A DNA stretch of 64,000 bases from an uncultured Acidimicrobiales bacterium. GTDB taxonomy: Bacteria; Actinomycetota; Acidimicrobiia; Acidimicrobiales; CAWCAL01. The notes beneath the pieces are model-generated. The model had not been told where the DNA came from. It searched no databases and saw only the letters and a list, made by a program, of their open reading frames with translations. Within the stretch, counting starts at the first letter, position 1. Each line of letters opens with the position of its first letter. Positions 43,622 to 54,426 of the stretch are shown in pieces. The stretch is from assembly GCA_963695075.1 (NCBI GenBank), contig CAVOFR010000005.1, positions 196,352 through 260,351 on the forward strand. The letters are read 5' to 3'. Made by a program: the position numbers and the translations under genes.

Positions 43622-46327
43622 ATGGGCAGTGAATCCGACCGGGCTTCAACGCTCGGTGGGCTCGAGAACGGACTACGTACGGCCGGAGACTGGTACCGAT
43701 GGGGCCCGTACCTCAGCGAGCGACAGTGGGGAACGGTGCGGGAGGACTACAGCGCCGACGGCACGGCGTGGGACTACCTCCCGCATGACCACGCACGCTC
43801 ACGCGCCTATCGCTGGGGTGAGGACGGGCTGGCCGGGTTCTCCGATGTCGAACAACGGCTGTGTCTGTCGCTGGCCCTGTGGAACGGGGTCGATCCGATC
43901 CTGAAGGAGCGGATCTTCGGGCTCACCGGCAACGAGGGCAACCACGGCGAGGACGCCAAGGAGTACTGGTGGTACTCCGACGCCGTCCCGAGTCATGCGT
44001 GGAACCGATGGCGGTACCACTACCCACAGTGCGCATTCCCCTACGCGGACCTGGTCGCGGAGAACGCCCGACGCGGCAAGAGCGAGCCGGAGTACGAGCT
44101 GCTCGACACCAGTGCCTTCGACGGCGATCGCTACTGGATCGTGGAGGTCGACTATGCCAAGGCGGATCCCGACGACCTGTTGATGGTCGTGCGGGTCACC
44201 AATGCGGCGGATGAACAGGCGACCCTGCATGTGTTGCCGACGGCGTGGTTCCGCAACACTTGGTCGTGGGGCGACGAGAACGATCGGCCGCAGCTCCGCA
44301 AGGGCGACGGTGTTGCGGTCGAGATCGACCACCCGTTCCTCGGATCGCTCGAGCTCCTGGCCGGCCCCGCGCCGGGCGGAGCGGAGCCGACGGTCCTGGT
44401 CTGCGACAACGAGACCAACACCGAGCGACTGTTCGGGCACGCAGGTCCGTCGCAGTTCCCCAAGGACGGGATCAACGACCACGTGGTCACCGGCGCGCCC
44501 ACGGTGAACCCTGAGGGCTCAGGCACCAAGGCGGCGCTGTGGTACCGACTGACGGTCGAGGGTGGAGCGACAGCAGATCTGCGTCTCCGGCTGCGGCCGA
44601 GCGGCTCGAAGCCTGCGCCATCGAGGGCGCTCGGCAAGAGCTTCAGCTCGATGATCGAGCGTCGCGCCACCGAGGCGGACGAGTTCTATGCGGAGCTCAC
44701 GCCCGCCGGAACCACAGCCGACGAGGCGCTCGTCATGCGACAGGCGTTCGCGGGGATGCTGTGGGGCAAGCAGCTCTACGCGTACGACGTCGCCCGCTGG
44801 CTGGACGGTGACCCGGGCCAGCCGGACCCACCACCGGATCGACGTTCGGGACGGAATGCCCGCTGGCGGGCATTCCGTGCGTTCGACATCATGTCGATGC
44901 CCGACAAGTGGGAGTACCCGTGGTTCGCCGCTTGGGACATGGCGTTCCACTGCGTGGCACTCGCGCACGTCGATCCGGCGTTCGCCAAGTACCAGCTCCT
45001 GTTGTTGTGCCGGGAGTGGTTCCAGAGCCCCAACGGTGCGCTGCCGGCTTACGAGTGGGCCTTCGATGACGTCAACCCCCCGGTGCAGGCCTGGGCTGCG
45101 CTCGAGGTGTTCGCCATCGACGGCGCCCGCGACCTGGACTTCCTCGAGCGGGTGTTCACGAAGTTGCTCGTCAACTTCACCTGGTGGGTCAACCGGCAGG
45201 ATGCTGACGGCACCAACCTGTTCGAGGGAGGCTTCCTCGGGCTCGACAACATCGGGCCGCTCGACCGGTCCCACCTGCCGGTCGACGGCCGGCTGGAGCA
45301 GTCAGACGCCACGTCGTGGATGGCCTTCTATGCCCTCGACATGGCGACGATCGCATCATTGCTGCGCAACCACGGGCGCCCCACCGAGGATCTCGCGGTC
45401 AAGTTCTTGGAGCACTTCGCGCAGATCCGCGACGCCATGGACGGCCAGGAGCTCTGGGACGACACCGACGGATTCTTCTACGACCGGCTGGTCGGACCGG
45501 ACGGAACGATCACGCCGGTCAAGGTCCGCTCGATGGTCGGTGTGCTCCCGCTCCTTGCGAGCACCGTGCTCGGTGAGGCCGCCATCGAGCGGGTGCTCGC
45601 GCTGGGAAGGACCGCAGCTGAGCGACTCGGACGCCGGGTCCTCGAGGACGAACGGCTCCGCGAGCGAGGGATGCTCCGGGGCAGCGTCGGAGACCGCCGG
45701 ATGATGGTGGGCGTGGTCGACATCGATCGGCTGCAGCGGGTGCTCCAACGACTGTTCGATCCCGACGAGTTCCTCTCGCCGCACGGCCTGCGGGCGCTGT
45801 CCCGAGCGCATCTCGACCATCCGGTCGACCTGGAGATCCAGGGAGTGACCGCGAGCGTCGACTACGAACCGGCGGAATCGACGACCTCGATGTTCGGGGG
45901 CAACTCGAACTGGCGCGGTCCGATCTGGTTCCCCCTCAACTACCTGGTGGTGAGCGCGCTCGAGCGGTACGGATGGTTCTTCGGTGACGAGCACACAATC
46001 GAGTATCCGACCGGCTCCGGGCAGCAGATGACCTTCGGCGCCATAGCGAGCGACCTGAGTGACCGGCTCATCTCCACCTTCCTGCTCGACCAGGACGCAC
46101 GACGGCCCTGCTACGGGTGGTCGGACCGGTTTCGAGACGATCCGCGGTGGCGCGATCAGCTGCTGTTCCACGAGTACTTCCATGGCGACAACGGAGCCGG
46201 GCTGGGGGCATCGCACCAGACCGGATGGACCGGTGTCGCAGCCGACCTCATCCGCCGCCGGCGCGGCGCCAGCATCCCGACCGTCACCGAGGTCCTCGAC
46301 CAGGCGATCCGGGACCACGATCGGTGA
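43622..46327 (+). CDS. GH63-like (MOGS / MGH1-like) glycoside hydrolase, long form
   Basis: 901 aa: WYRWGPYLSERQWGTVREDYS...RAYRWGEDGLAGF...ILKERIFGLTGNEGNHGEDAKEYWWY, with a C-terminal (alpha/alpha)6-type region. ATG follows AAGAGGTGAG. Confidence 0.7.
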   Translation: MGSESDRASTLGGLENGLRTAGDWYRWGPYLSERQWGTVREDYSADGTAWDYLPHDHARSRAYRWGEDGLAGFSDVEQRLCLSLALWNGVDPILKERIFGLTGNEGNHGEDAKEYWWYSDAVPSHAWNRWRYHYPQCAFPYADLVAENARRGKSEPEYELLDTSAFDGDRYWIVEVDYAKADPDDLLMVVRVTNAADEQATLHVLPTAWFRNTWSWGDENDRPQLRKGDGVAVEIDHPFLGSLELLAGPAPGGAEPTVLVCDNETNTERLFGHAGPSQFPKDGINDHVVTGAPTVNPEGSGTKAALWYRLTVEGGATADLRLRLRPSGSKPAPSRALGKSFSSMIERRATEADEFYAELTPAGTTADEALVMRQAFAGMLWGKQLYAYDVARWLDGDPGQPDPPPDRRSGRNARWRAFRAFDIMSMPDKWEYPWFAAWDMAFHCVALAHVDPAFAKYQLLLLCREWFQSPNGALPAYEWAFDDVNPPVQAWAALEVFAIDGARDLDFLERVFTKLLVNFTWWVNRQDADGTNLFEGGFLGLDNIGPLDRSHLPVDGRLEQSDATSWMAFYALDMATIASLLRNHGRPTEDLAVKFLEHFAQIRDAMDGQELWDDTDGFFYDRLVGPDGTITPVKVRSMVGVLPLLASTVLGEAAIERVLALGRTAAERLGRRVLEDERLRERGMLRGSVGDRRMMVGVVDIDRLQRVLQRLFDPDEFLSPHGLRALSRAHLDHPVDLEIQGVTASVDYEPAESTTSMFGGNSNWRGPIWFPLNYLVVSALERYGWFFGDEHTIEYPTGSGQQMTFGAIASDLSDRLISTFLLDQDARRPCYGWSDRFRDDPRWRDQLLFHEYFHGDNGAGLGASHQTGWTGVAADLIRRRRGASIPTVTEVLDQAIRDHDR

Positions 46328-48249
46328 ACGGACATCTTGGCGCCGCCACCATCGCGGACCTGGGTCCCGGCGCCTCCAGGGAGTGGCTGGTGGCCGACGG
46401 ACTCGGGGGCTTCGCGATGGGAACCGTCTGCGGTCTTCGGACCCGTCGATACCACGGGCTCCTCGTCACCGCCGTCGACGGGCCGGCCAACCGGATGTTG
46501 GGACTGGTGGCACTCGACCCGGTCCTGGTGATCGGCGACCGCCGAGTCCGCCTGTCCACCCACGAGTGGCACGACGGCGTGCTCGATCCGGTGGGACACA
46601 CGCTGCTCGCGACGTTCGACCTCGACGACGGCGTCCCCCGCTGGCGCTGGCAGTTCGGCGACGTCGTCCTCGAGCGTGAGATCGCCATGCAGCGCGGCCT
46701 CCCCGCTGTTGGCGTCGTGCATCGCCTGATCCGCTCGCCCTCACCGGTGCAGTTGGAGCTGATGCCGATCTGCACCTGGCGGTCGGTCCACGGCGAACGC
46801 CACGACGCCGGGGCTCCGGGCGTGACGCCGACCCACGACGGCTTCGTGTTCGAGAGCAGCTACCGCGTGATCGGACCGGGTTGGCAGCCGGGCGGCGACT
46901 GGTACCTCGGGGTGCGCACCCGTGAGGAAGCAGAGCGGGGCCTGGCCGATCAGGAGGATCTGTGGGCGGCGGGCCGGTTCTCTGCTGAGCTCGAACCCGG
47001 CCGGGCGCTGGAGGTCACGGCCTCGTCGACGTCGATCGACGGAGCGACACCGGCCGCAGTCGACATCGTGGACGGCGCCCGGTCGCGCGCCCGGATGCTG
47101 CAGGGACGAGCTGGGGCCACCGACCCAGCGACTCGACAGTTGGTGCTCGCTGCTGACATGTTCGTCATCGCCACGTCGAGCGGCCCCGGCGTCGTGGCCG
47201 GCTACCCATGGTTCGGCGAGTGGTCACGGGACACCATGACGTCGTATGAGGGGCTGTTCCTCGCGACCGGCCGCGACGACGAGGGCCGTGACGTCCTTCG
47301 GCGCGCGGCCGCCACCCTGTCCGAGGGCATGCTCGCGAACACGGCCGACACGGGGTCCCTCGAGTACAACACCGTCGACGCTGCGCTGTGGTTCGTCCAC
47401 GCAGTGGGCCGCCACCTCGCCGCAACCGGCGACGACGACCTCGCGGCCGAACTCGCGCCGGCGATCGCCACCGTCGTCGATCACCACATCAGCGGCACCC
47501 GGTTCGGCATCGGAGCGGACGCCGACGGCCTGCTCCGACAGGGCGCGGACGGCGTCGCTCTGACATGGATGGACGCTCGCGTCGACGGTGTCCCGGTCAC
47601 ACAGCGTGCCGGCAAGGCGGTCGAGATCAACGCGCTGTGGATCCAGGTGCTGCTGATCGAGCGCCGACTCGCGCACGCCTCACGGGTGACGGCCCCGGAC
47701 CGGGGAGGGCTCCTCGAGGTCGCTCAGGCGTCGTTCTTCCGGCGGTTCGTCCGCAGTGACGGCCGAGGGCTGTTCGACGTCGTCGACGGACCGACAGGCG
47801 ACGATGCAGCTGTTCGACCGAACCAGCTCCTCGCCGTCGCGCTGCCAGAGGGCCCGTTCTCCCGCGGCGATGCTCCGCCCACGGCGCCCGGCATCGCGCG
47901 CAGCGTCGTCGACGTGTGCGGGCACGCGCTGCTCACACCGATCGGCCTGCGCTCCCTCGATCCCACCGATCCCGCGTTCCGAGGGCGCCACCGTGGCGGC
48001 CCGGCGCAGCGGGACGCCGCCTACCACCAAGGCACCGTGTGGCCGTGGCTGATCGGCGCCTATGTCGACGCAGCCGGACGCACGGGGGTACCGGTCGACC
48101 ACCTCGTCGACCCGCTGGTCGCGCATCTCATGGAGTACGGCATGGGATCGGTGTCGGAGACAGCCGACGGCGACGCGCCTCACCGTGCGACCGGGGCTCC
48201 GTTCCAGGCCTGGTCGGTCGCCGAAGTGCTCCGGGTCGTGACTCGTTGA
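46324..48249 (+). CDS. Glycogen-debranching-enzyme-like protein (GDE N-terminal plus amylo-alpha-1,6-glucosidase domains)
   Basis: REWLVADGLGGFAMGTVCGLRTRRYHGLLV...GYPWFGEWSRDTM...YHQGTVWPWLIG...FQAWSVAE. The GTG overlaps the previous stop (GTGA). Confidence 0.78.
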   Translation: MNGHLGAATIADLGPGASREWLVADGLGGFAMGTVCGLRTRRYHGLLVTAVDGPANRMLGLVALDPVLVIGDRRVRLSTHEWHDGVLDPVGHTLLATFDLDDGVPRWRWQFGDVVLEREIAMQRGLPAVGVVHRLIRSPSPVQLELMPICTWRSVHGERHDAGAPGVTPTHDGFVFESSYRVIGPGWQPGGDWYLGVRTREEAERGLADQEDLWAAGRFSAELEPGRALEVTASSTSIDGATPAAVDIVDGARSRARMLQGRAGATDPATRQLVLAADMFVIATSSGPGVVAGYPWFGEWSRDTMTSYEGLFLATGRDDEGRDVLRRAAATLSEGMLANTADTGSLEYNTVDAALWFVHAVGRHLAATGDDDLAAELAPAIATVVDHHISGTRFGIGADADGLLRQGADGVALTWMDARVDGVPVTQRAGKAVEINALWIQVLLIERRLAHASRVTAPDRGGLLEVAQASFFRRFVRSDGRGLFDVVDGPTGDDAAVRPNQLLAVALPEGPFSRGDAPPTAPGIARSVVDVCGHALLTPIGLRSLDPTDPAFRGRHRGGPAQRDAAYHQGTVWPWLIGAYVDAAGRTGVPVDHLVDPLVAHLMEYGMGSVSETADGDAPHRATGAPFQAWSVAEVLRVVTR

Positions 48250-49400
48250 TCGCCATCCACGCGTTCGGGATCACCGAGCCGACACCCTGGCGGTCGGCGA
48301 CAGAGGTCGAACTCGTGGAGGTGACCAGCTCCTCGCTGTCGCTGCGACTGCTGAGCCTTGGTGCGGCGATCATGTCGCTCGAGGCACCCAACGAGGAGGG
48401 GCGAGTCCGTCCGGTGCACCTCGGCTTGACCTCGCTGACGGAGTACGAGGATCCGGGCCGCAATCCGCACCTCGGGGGCTCCATCGGCCGGTTCGCCAAC
48501 AGGATCGCGGGCTCCAGGTTCCACCTCGACGGCGCGGTCATCGAGGTGGCGAGCAACGAAGGCCCGAACCAGCTGCATGGTGGACCGATCGGGTTCGATC
48601 GCCACGTGTGGGAGCTCCTCGCAGCGGATACGGCCGATGACGGCGGGACCGTCGTGTTCCAACACGTCAGCCCGGACGGGGACCAGGGATTCCCCGGGAC
48701 CGTCACCGCCACGGCGATCTACGAGCTCGACGGGGACCGGCTCCGGATCACTTACCGGGCCACCACTGACGCCCCGACGGTGGTCAACCTGACCAACCAC
48801 GGCTACTGGAACCTCGACGGCTCCGACACGATCGAGGACCATTGGCTGCAGCTGGCTGCGAGCCGGGTGCTGCCGGTCGACGATGCCGGCATCCCGACGG
48901 GCGGACTGGTTCCGGTGGAGGGGACCTGGTTCGACCTGCGGCGTTCAACTCGCCTCGGCGCTGCGATGGCCGGGTCGCCGTCTGGCGGGTTCGACCACTG
49001 CTACGCCATCGACGGAACCGACGGCGTGCTCCATCCCGCGGCGGTTGTGCACGCCCCGCGGTCCGGCCGGTGGATGTCGGTGGAGACCGACCGTCCCGGC
49101 GTCCAGCTCTACACCGGGAACGGGCTCCGGTCGCCGTTCCACGCGCACGGTTCGGTGTCGCTCGAGACCCAACGGTTCCCCGACACGCCGAACCGACCCG
49201 ATCTGGGTTCCGCAGTGCTCCGGCCGGGCCAGGTCGAGGTGGCGCGGACGGAACTGCGCTTCGGCGTCGGCACCCCACCCAGCCTGGGCCCAGCGGGGTC
49301 GCAGGCCGAGGTGCCGGTGACTTCACCCGTCAGGGGTGACGACGCTGGCCATGCGCTCCGCGACAGTGGAGCGACGCGGCGAGAGCGAGGAACACCATGA
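48246..49400 (+). CDS. Aldose 1-epimerase (galactose mutarotase family)
   Basis: [19 protein letters not shown]......[16 protein letters not shown] and LTNHGYWNL motifs. The TTG start overlapping the previous stop is uncertain. The last ~50 aa are low-complexity. Confidence 0.75.
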   Translation: MIAIHAFGITEPTPWRSATEVELVEVTSSSLSLRLLSLGAAIMSLEAPNEEGRVRPVHLGLTSLTEYEDPGRNPHLGGSIGRFANRIAGSRFHLDGAVIEVASNEGPNQLHGGPIGFDRHVWELLAADTADDGGTVVFQHVSPDGDQGFPGTVTATAIYELDGDRLRITYRATTDAPTVVNLTNHGYWNLDGSDTIEDHWLQLAASRVLPVDDAGIPTGGLVPVEGTWFDLRRSTRLGAAMAGSPSGGFDHCYAIDGTDGVLHPAAVVHAPRSGRWMSVETDRPGVQLYTGNGLRSPFHAHGSVSLETQRFPDTPNRPDLGSAVLRPGQVEVARTELRFGVGTPPSLGPAGSQAEVPVTSPVRGDDAGHALRDSGATRRERGTP

Positions 49401-50800
49401 GTCCGAACGAGCAGTCCCGATCGGATCTTCCGTGTGACGCCTTGGTCATCTTCGGCATCACCGGCGATCTCGCCAGGGTCATGACGTTCCGGTCGCTGTA
49501 CCGGCTCGAGCGGCGTGGCCTGCTGGACTGTCCGATCATCGGCGTGGCCGTCGAGGACTGGACCATCGCCGAGCTGGTCGACCGGGCACGGAGCTCGATC
49601 CTGGGGACCGGCGAGCAGCTCGACGAGGACGTCTTCGGTCGGCTCGTCGCTCGCCTGAGCTACGTGCAGGGAGACCTCACCGATGACACCACCTACGACC
49701 GGGTTGCGCTCGCGCTCGACGGTGCATCCGCTCCGGTCTTCTACCTCGAGATCCCGCCGTTCCTGTTCGGCGCCGTGGTGAAGGGGCTCGCCGGGGCAGG
49801 GCTGACCCGGAACGCCCGAGTCGTGGTGGAGAAGCCCTTCGGCCACGACCTGGCCTCGGCACGGGAGCTCGCCCAGGAGCTGCACCGGTACCTGGACGAG
49901 TCGCAGCTGTTCCGGATCGACCACTACCTGGGCAAGATGGGCCTCGAGGAGATCCTGTACCTCCGGTTCGCCAACACCATGTTGGAGCCGATCTGGAACC
50001 GCAACTACGTCGAGAGCCTCCAGATCACCATGGCCGAGGATTTCGGTGTCGAGACCCGCGGCCACTTCTACGATCCGGTCGGGGCGCTGCGCGACGTCGT
50101 GGTGAACCACCTCCTGCAGCTGCTGGCCGCGGCGACGATGGAGGCGCCGACCCGGGGCGATCCCGAGACGTTGCGGGACGCCCAGACCGCTGCGCTCCGG
50201 GCGATCAGGGAAGCGGATCCCACGCAGTACGTCCGTGGGCAGTACGACGGGTACACGTCGGTCGACGGCGTCGCAGCGAGCTCCACCACCGAGACCTACT
50301 GCGCGCTACGACTCGAGATCGAGAACTGGCGGTGGTCCGGCGTTCCGATCGTCATCCGCACCGGCAAGCTTCTTCCCATGACCCAGACCGAGGTGCGACT
50401 GGTGTTCAGGGAGTCCCCGCGGCTGGGCTTCGGGCTGCGCCAGGCCGACAGCGAGCCGAACCAGCTCGTGGTGAAGCTCGATCCGTCGACGGGCGTGAAG
50501 ATGACCCTGCAGGCACAGCGGGCCGACGCGCCGCTGCCCGAGGCCATCGACCTGGACATGGAGTTCGCCGACGAGGGCGGTGAGGGGCCAACCCCGTATG
50601 AGGTGCTGCTCGAGGCGGCGATGACCGGCCGCAGCGCGCGGTTCGCCCGCCAGGACACCGTGGAGGAGGCCTGGCGGGTGATGCAGCCACTGTTGGACGC
50701 CCCACCTCCGGTCCAGCGCTACTCGCCGGGCTCCTGGGGTCCCGCGGCCGCCGATGCGCTCGTCGCCGACGTCGGCGGCTGGCGGGGTCCATGGGTCTGA
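49397..50800 (+). CDS. zwf: Glucose-6-phosphate 1-dehydrogenase
   Basis: [11 protein letters not shown] dinucleotide fold, RIDHYLGK active-site motif and [16 protein letters not shown] overlap with the previous gene. Confidence 0.93.
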   Translation: MSPNEQSRSDLPCDALVIFGITGDLARVMTFRSLYRLERRGLLDCPIIGVAVEDWTIAELVDRARSSILGTGEQLDEDVFGRLVARLSYVQGDLTDDTTYDRVALALDGASAPVFYLEIPPFLFGAVVKGLAGAGLTRNARVVVEKPFGHDLASARELAQELHRYLDESQLFRIDHYLGKMGLEEILYLRFANTMLEPIWNRNYVESLQITMAEDFGVETRGHFYDPVGALRDVVVNHLLQLLAAATMEAPTRGDPETLRDAQTAALRAIREADPTQYVRGQYDGYTSVDGVAASSTTETYCALRLEIENWRWSGVPIVIRTGKLLPMTQTEVRLVFRESPRLGFGLRQADSEPNQLVVKLDPSTGVKMTLQAQRADAPLPEAIDLDMEFADEGGEGPTPYEVLLEAAMTGRSARFARQDTVEEAWRVMQPLLDAPPPVQRYSPGSWGPAAADALVADVGGWRGPWV

Positions 50801-50860
50801 GCGCGCGCCAGCGAAACAACCAGATCGAAGCAGCAGGAACCAACAGACTGAGGAGTCGAG

Positions 50861-52561
50861 ATGAAGGTGATCATCGTCGGAGGAGTGGCGGGAGGCGCGT
50901 CGTGCGCGGCGCGCCTGCGTCGGCTGGACGAGCATGCGGAGATCCTCATGGTGGAGCGCGGGCCGTACGTGTCCTATGCGAACTGTGGCTTGCCCTACCA
51001 CGTCGGTGGTGTGATCGAGGACGAGTCGGACCTCCTGGTCGCCAGCCCCGAGCTGTTCCGCGCCCAGTTCCGCGTCGACGTGCGCACCGGGTGCGAGGTG
51101 ATCGACGTGTCCGCAGCGGATCACACCGTCCAGCTGCGTGACGTCGACAGCGGTGCGATCACCACCGAGCACTACGACCATCTCGTGCTGTCGCCCGGCG
51201 CTCGCTCGGTGCACCCGCCGATCCCTGGCATCGACCTTCCCGGCATCTTCCACGTCCGGACGGTGCCGGACGCACGCGAGATCCGGACCTGGATCGAACG
51301 CGGCTCGAACTTCCTGGCCGGGATGGGCCGCTACTCGGGGTTCCAGACCGTGCGCCCCTCGCCGCGCGCCGTCATCGTCGGTGGTGGGTTCATCGGACTG
51401 GAGACCGCCGAGAATTTGGTGCACCGGGGTTTCGACGTGACCGTCATCGAGCTGGCCCCTCAGGTGCTCGCACCTGTCGATGCCGAGTACGGCGACCTGG
51501 TGGGCGACTACCTCGAACAGCACGGTGTGCACGTGGTCGTCGGTGACGGCGTGAGCGGCTTCGAGCAGTCCGACGACGACAGCCTCGTGGTGTCCACGAA
51601 CGCGGGTGCCAGCTTCGACGCCGACCTGGTGATCCTGGCGCTGGGCGTCCGACCGGACACCACGCTGGCGACCGCAGCGGGCATCGAGGTCGGCGAGTTG
51701 GGCGGCATCCGGGTCGACGACCAGATGCGCACCAGCGACGCCGACATCTTCGCGGTGGGTGATGCGATCGAGGTCCGTGACGCGGTCACTGGAGAGTGGA
51801 GCCTCATGGCGCTGGCCGGGCCGGCGAACCGCCAGGGCCGGATCGCCGCCGAGGTGATCGCCGGACGCGACTCCCGCTTCCGGGGGACCCAGGGCACTGC
51901 GGTGGTCGGCCTGTTCGGATCGACGATCGCGTGGACCGGCGTAACAGAGCGAACCCTGCGACGCCTCGGCGACACGGACTGGGAGAAGGTGTACCTCTAC
52001 CCGAACTCGCACGCCGGGTACTACCCGGGTGCGAAGCCGATCGCGATGAAGGTCCTGTTCCGCGTCAGCGACGGCCGCTTGCTGGGCGCGCAGGCAGCTG
52101 GCGAGGACGGCGTCGACAAGCGCATCAGCGAGCTGGCGTTGGCGATCCAGATGGGCGCGACCGTGTACGACCTCGAGGAGTCGGAGCTCTGCTACGCACC
52201 GCCCTTCGGTAGTGCGAAGGACCCGGTCAACTTCGCGGGCATGGTCGCCTCCGGGGTGCTCCGCGGCGACATGCTGATCAGCCACTGGGGCGACGACGAC
52301 GGGGCCTACCTGCTCGACGTGCGGGAGACCTTCGAGCTCGCCGTCGAGCACGTGGCGGGCGCCACGCACATACCGCTCGGGGAGCTCCGCGGGCGGCTCG
52401 GCGAGCTGCCCACGGATCGCACCATCCACGTGGTCTGCCGGTCGGGTCAACGTGCCTACTACGCGGCTCGGATGCTGTCGCAGCACGGCTACGACGCGAA
52501 GGTGCGCTCTGGGGGAATGCTGTCCCGGGCGATCCTGGTGCCGAGCGAGGGCGACAGATGA
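50861..52561 (+). CDS. CoA-disulfide reductase / NADH oxidase-family flavoprotein with a C-terminal rhodanese domain
   Basis: KVIIVGGVAGGAS FAD fold, single redox Cys in SYANCGLPY, second Rossmann fold VIVGGGFIGLE, and rhodanese loop VVCRSGQRA. Confidence 0.85.
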   Translation: MKVIIVGGVAGGASCAARLRRLDEHAEILMVERGPYVSYANCGLPYHVGGVIEDESDLLVASPELFRAQFRVDVRTGCEVIDVSAADHTVQLRDVDSGAITTEHYDHLVLSPGARSVHPPIPGIDLPGIFHVRTVPDAREIRTWIERGSNFLAGMGRYSGFQTVRPSPRAVIVGGGFIGLETAENLVHRGFDVTVIELAPQVLAPVDAEYGDLVGDYLEQHGVHVVVGDGVSGFEQSDDDSLVVSTNAGASFDADLVILALGVRPDTTLATAAGIEVGELGGIRVDDQMRTSDADIFAVGDAIEVRDAVTGEWSLMALAGPANRQGRIAAEVIAGRDSRFRGTQGTAVVGLFGSTIAWTGVTERTLRRLGDTDWEKVYLYPNSHAGYYPGAKPIAMKVLFRVSDGRLLGAQAAGEDGVDKRISELALAIQMGATVYDLEESELCYAPPFGSAKDPVNFAGMVASGVLRGDMLISHWGDDDGAYLLDVRETFELAVEHVAGATHIPLGELRGRLGELPTDRTIHVVCRSGQRAYYAARMLSQHGYDAKVRSGGMLSRAILVPSEGDR

Positions 52562-54426
52562 GCTTCCCGCCGATCGCCGACTACGCGTTCCTCTCGGACT
52601 GCGAGGTGAACGCCCTGGTCGCTCCCGACGGGTCCGTGGAGTGGATGTGCCTGCCCCGACCCGACGCGCCCAGCGTCTTCGGGTCCCTCCTGGACCGTTC
52701 GGCGGGCTACTTCCGTTTCGGTCCCAGCAACACCGCCGTGCCTCACCAGCGCCGTTATCTGCCGGGAACCCTGGCGACCGAGACGACCTGGCACACCCCG
52801 ACCGGATGGCTGACCGTCCACGACGTCCTGGTCGTGGGACCGGTGTCCGACGAGCGACGCGAGGACTATCGGCGCTCACCCGGCGACGACATCTCGCAGC
52901 GGACGCTGCTGCGTATCGCAACCTGCTTCGACGGCCAAGTGGAACTCGAGGTCAACTGCCTTCCCCTCTTCGACTACGGCAGGGATCAGGGCACCTGGGA
53001 CTTCGACGGCCCCGGATACGACCGGGCCACCGTCACGTCAGGGGAACTGACCCTGACCATGGGCGGCAGTGTCCGCCTCGGGCTCGTCGGACCCCGCTGC
53101 TACGGCCGCACGACGTTGCAGGCGGGCGAGTCGGCCTTCGTCGCGCTGGGATGGGGTGGCGACGTTCCGGCGGATCTCGACCAGGCGCTCGACCAGCTGC
53201 ACCGGACGGAGGGCTTCTGGCGTGAGTGGATGAGCATGGCCAACTTCCCGGACCACCGCTTCCGCCCGTACATCGAACGCAGCGCACTCGCGCTGAAGGG
53301 TCTCAGCTACGCGCCGACCGGGGCGATCATGGCCGCCGCGACCACATCGCTGCCCGAGACTCCCGGCGGCGAACGCAACTGGGACTACCGCTACACCTGG
53401 ATACGTGACACCGGATTCATGCTCCGGGCACTGCACAGCCTGGGGTTCAACTGGGAGGCGTTCGAGTACTTCGCCTTCGTGCTCGACTCCCTCACCACCG
53501 GAGAGCCCGCCGCCCCGTGGGACCTGCAGATCATGTACGGCATCCGAGGTGAGCGCGACCTGACCGAGCACACCCTCGACCACCTCACGGGTTACCGCGG
53601 GTCGCGTCCCGTCCGCACCGGCAACGGCGCCTTCGACCAGCGCCAACACGACGTCTGGGGAATGCTCCTGGACGCGGTCGCGGAACACTTCCGACAGGGT
53701 GGTCAGCTCGCACCGGTAGCGTGGGAGCATCTGGCCGGCCTGGTCGACCTTGCCATCGAACGTAGCTCCGAGCCGGATCAGGGCATCTGGGAGATGCGAG
53801 GCGCGCCACAGCACTTCGTCGCGTCGAAGGTGCTGTGTTGGGTCGCTGCCGACCGAGGAGCGAGCCTCGCCGAGCTGCGGGGTGATGGCGAGCGGGTCGA
53901 CCGCTGGCGGGCCGCCGCGGCCCGGATCGCCGGCGAGATCTGCGAGCGGGGCCTCGACGAGCGCGGCGTGTTCACCCAGCACTACGACACCACCGACCTC
54001 GACGCCTCCCTCCTCCTCATCCCCATCATGGGCTTCCTGCCGCCTGACGACGAGCGGGTGCGAGCGACCGTGTTGGCCATCGCGGACGAGCTCACCGAGG
54101 AAGGGCTCGTGCTGCGGTACCGCGTCGATCGCACCGACGACGGACTCAGCGGAGAGGAGGGCACCTTCACGATCTGTTCGTTCTGGCTCGTCTCCGCGCT
54201 GGCAATGATCGGCGAGCTCGAGGCAGCGGGCGCGTTGTTCGACAAGCTCCTGTCCTTCGCGGGCCCACTCCAGCTCTACGCCGAGGAGATCGACGTCCGG
54301 ACCGGCCAGCACCTCGGCAACTTCCCCCAGGCGTTCACCCACTTGGCGCTCATCGACGCGGCGAAGCGGCTCATCGACGCAGAGGACGCCGGACCGCACC
54401 CGGCACCGATCCACCCGACGCCGTGA
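52558..54426 (+). CDS. GH15 glycoside hydrolase (glucoamylase / trehalase family)
   Basis: IADYAFLSDCEVNALVAPDGSVEWMCLPR, WDYRYTWIRD, IWEMRG, and an (alpha/alpha)6 C-terminus. ATGA overlap with the previous gene. Confidence 0.85.
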   Translation: MSFPPIADYAFLSDCEVNALVAPDGSVEWMCLPRPDAPSVFGSLLDRSAGYFRFGPSNTAVPHQRRYLPGTLATETTWHTPTGWLTVHDVLVVGPVSDERREDYRRSPGDDISQRTLLRIATCFDGQVELEVNCLPLFDYGRDQGTWDFDGPGYDRATVTSGELTLTMGGSVRLGLVGPRCYGRTTLQAGESAFVALGWGGDVPADLDQALDQLHRTEGFWREWMSMANFPDHRFRPYIERSALALKGLSYAPTGAIMAAATTSLPETPGGERNWDYRYTWIRDTGFMLRALHSLGFNWEAFEYFAFVLDSLTTGEPAAPWDLQIMYGIRGERDLTEHTLDHLTGYRGSRPVRTGNGAFDQRQHDVWGMLLDAVAEHFRQGGQLAPVAWEHLAGLVDLAIERSSEPDQGIWEMRGAPQHFVASKVLCWVAADRGASLAELRGDGERVDRWRAAAARIAGEICERGLDERGVFTQHYDTTDLDASLLLIPIMGFLPPDDERVRATVLAIADELTEEGLVLRYRVDRTDDGLSGEEGTFTICSFWLVSALAMIGELEAAGALFDKLLSFAGPLQLYAEEIDVRTGQHLGNFPQAFTHLALIDAAKRLIDAEDAGPHPAPIHPTP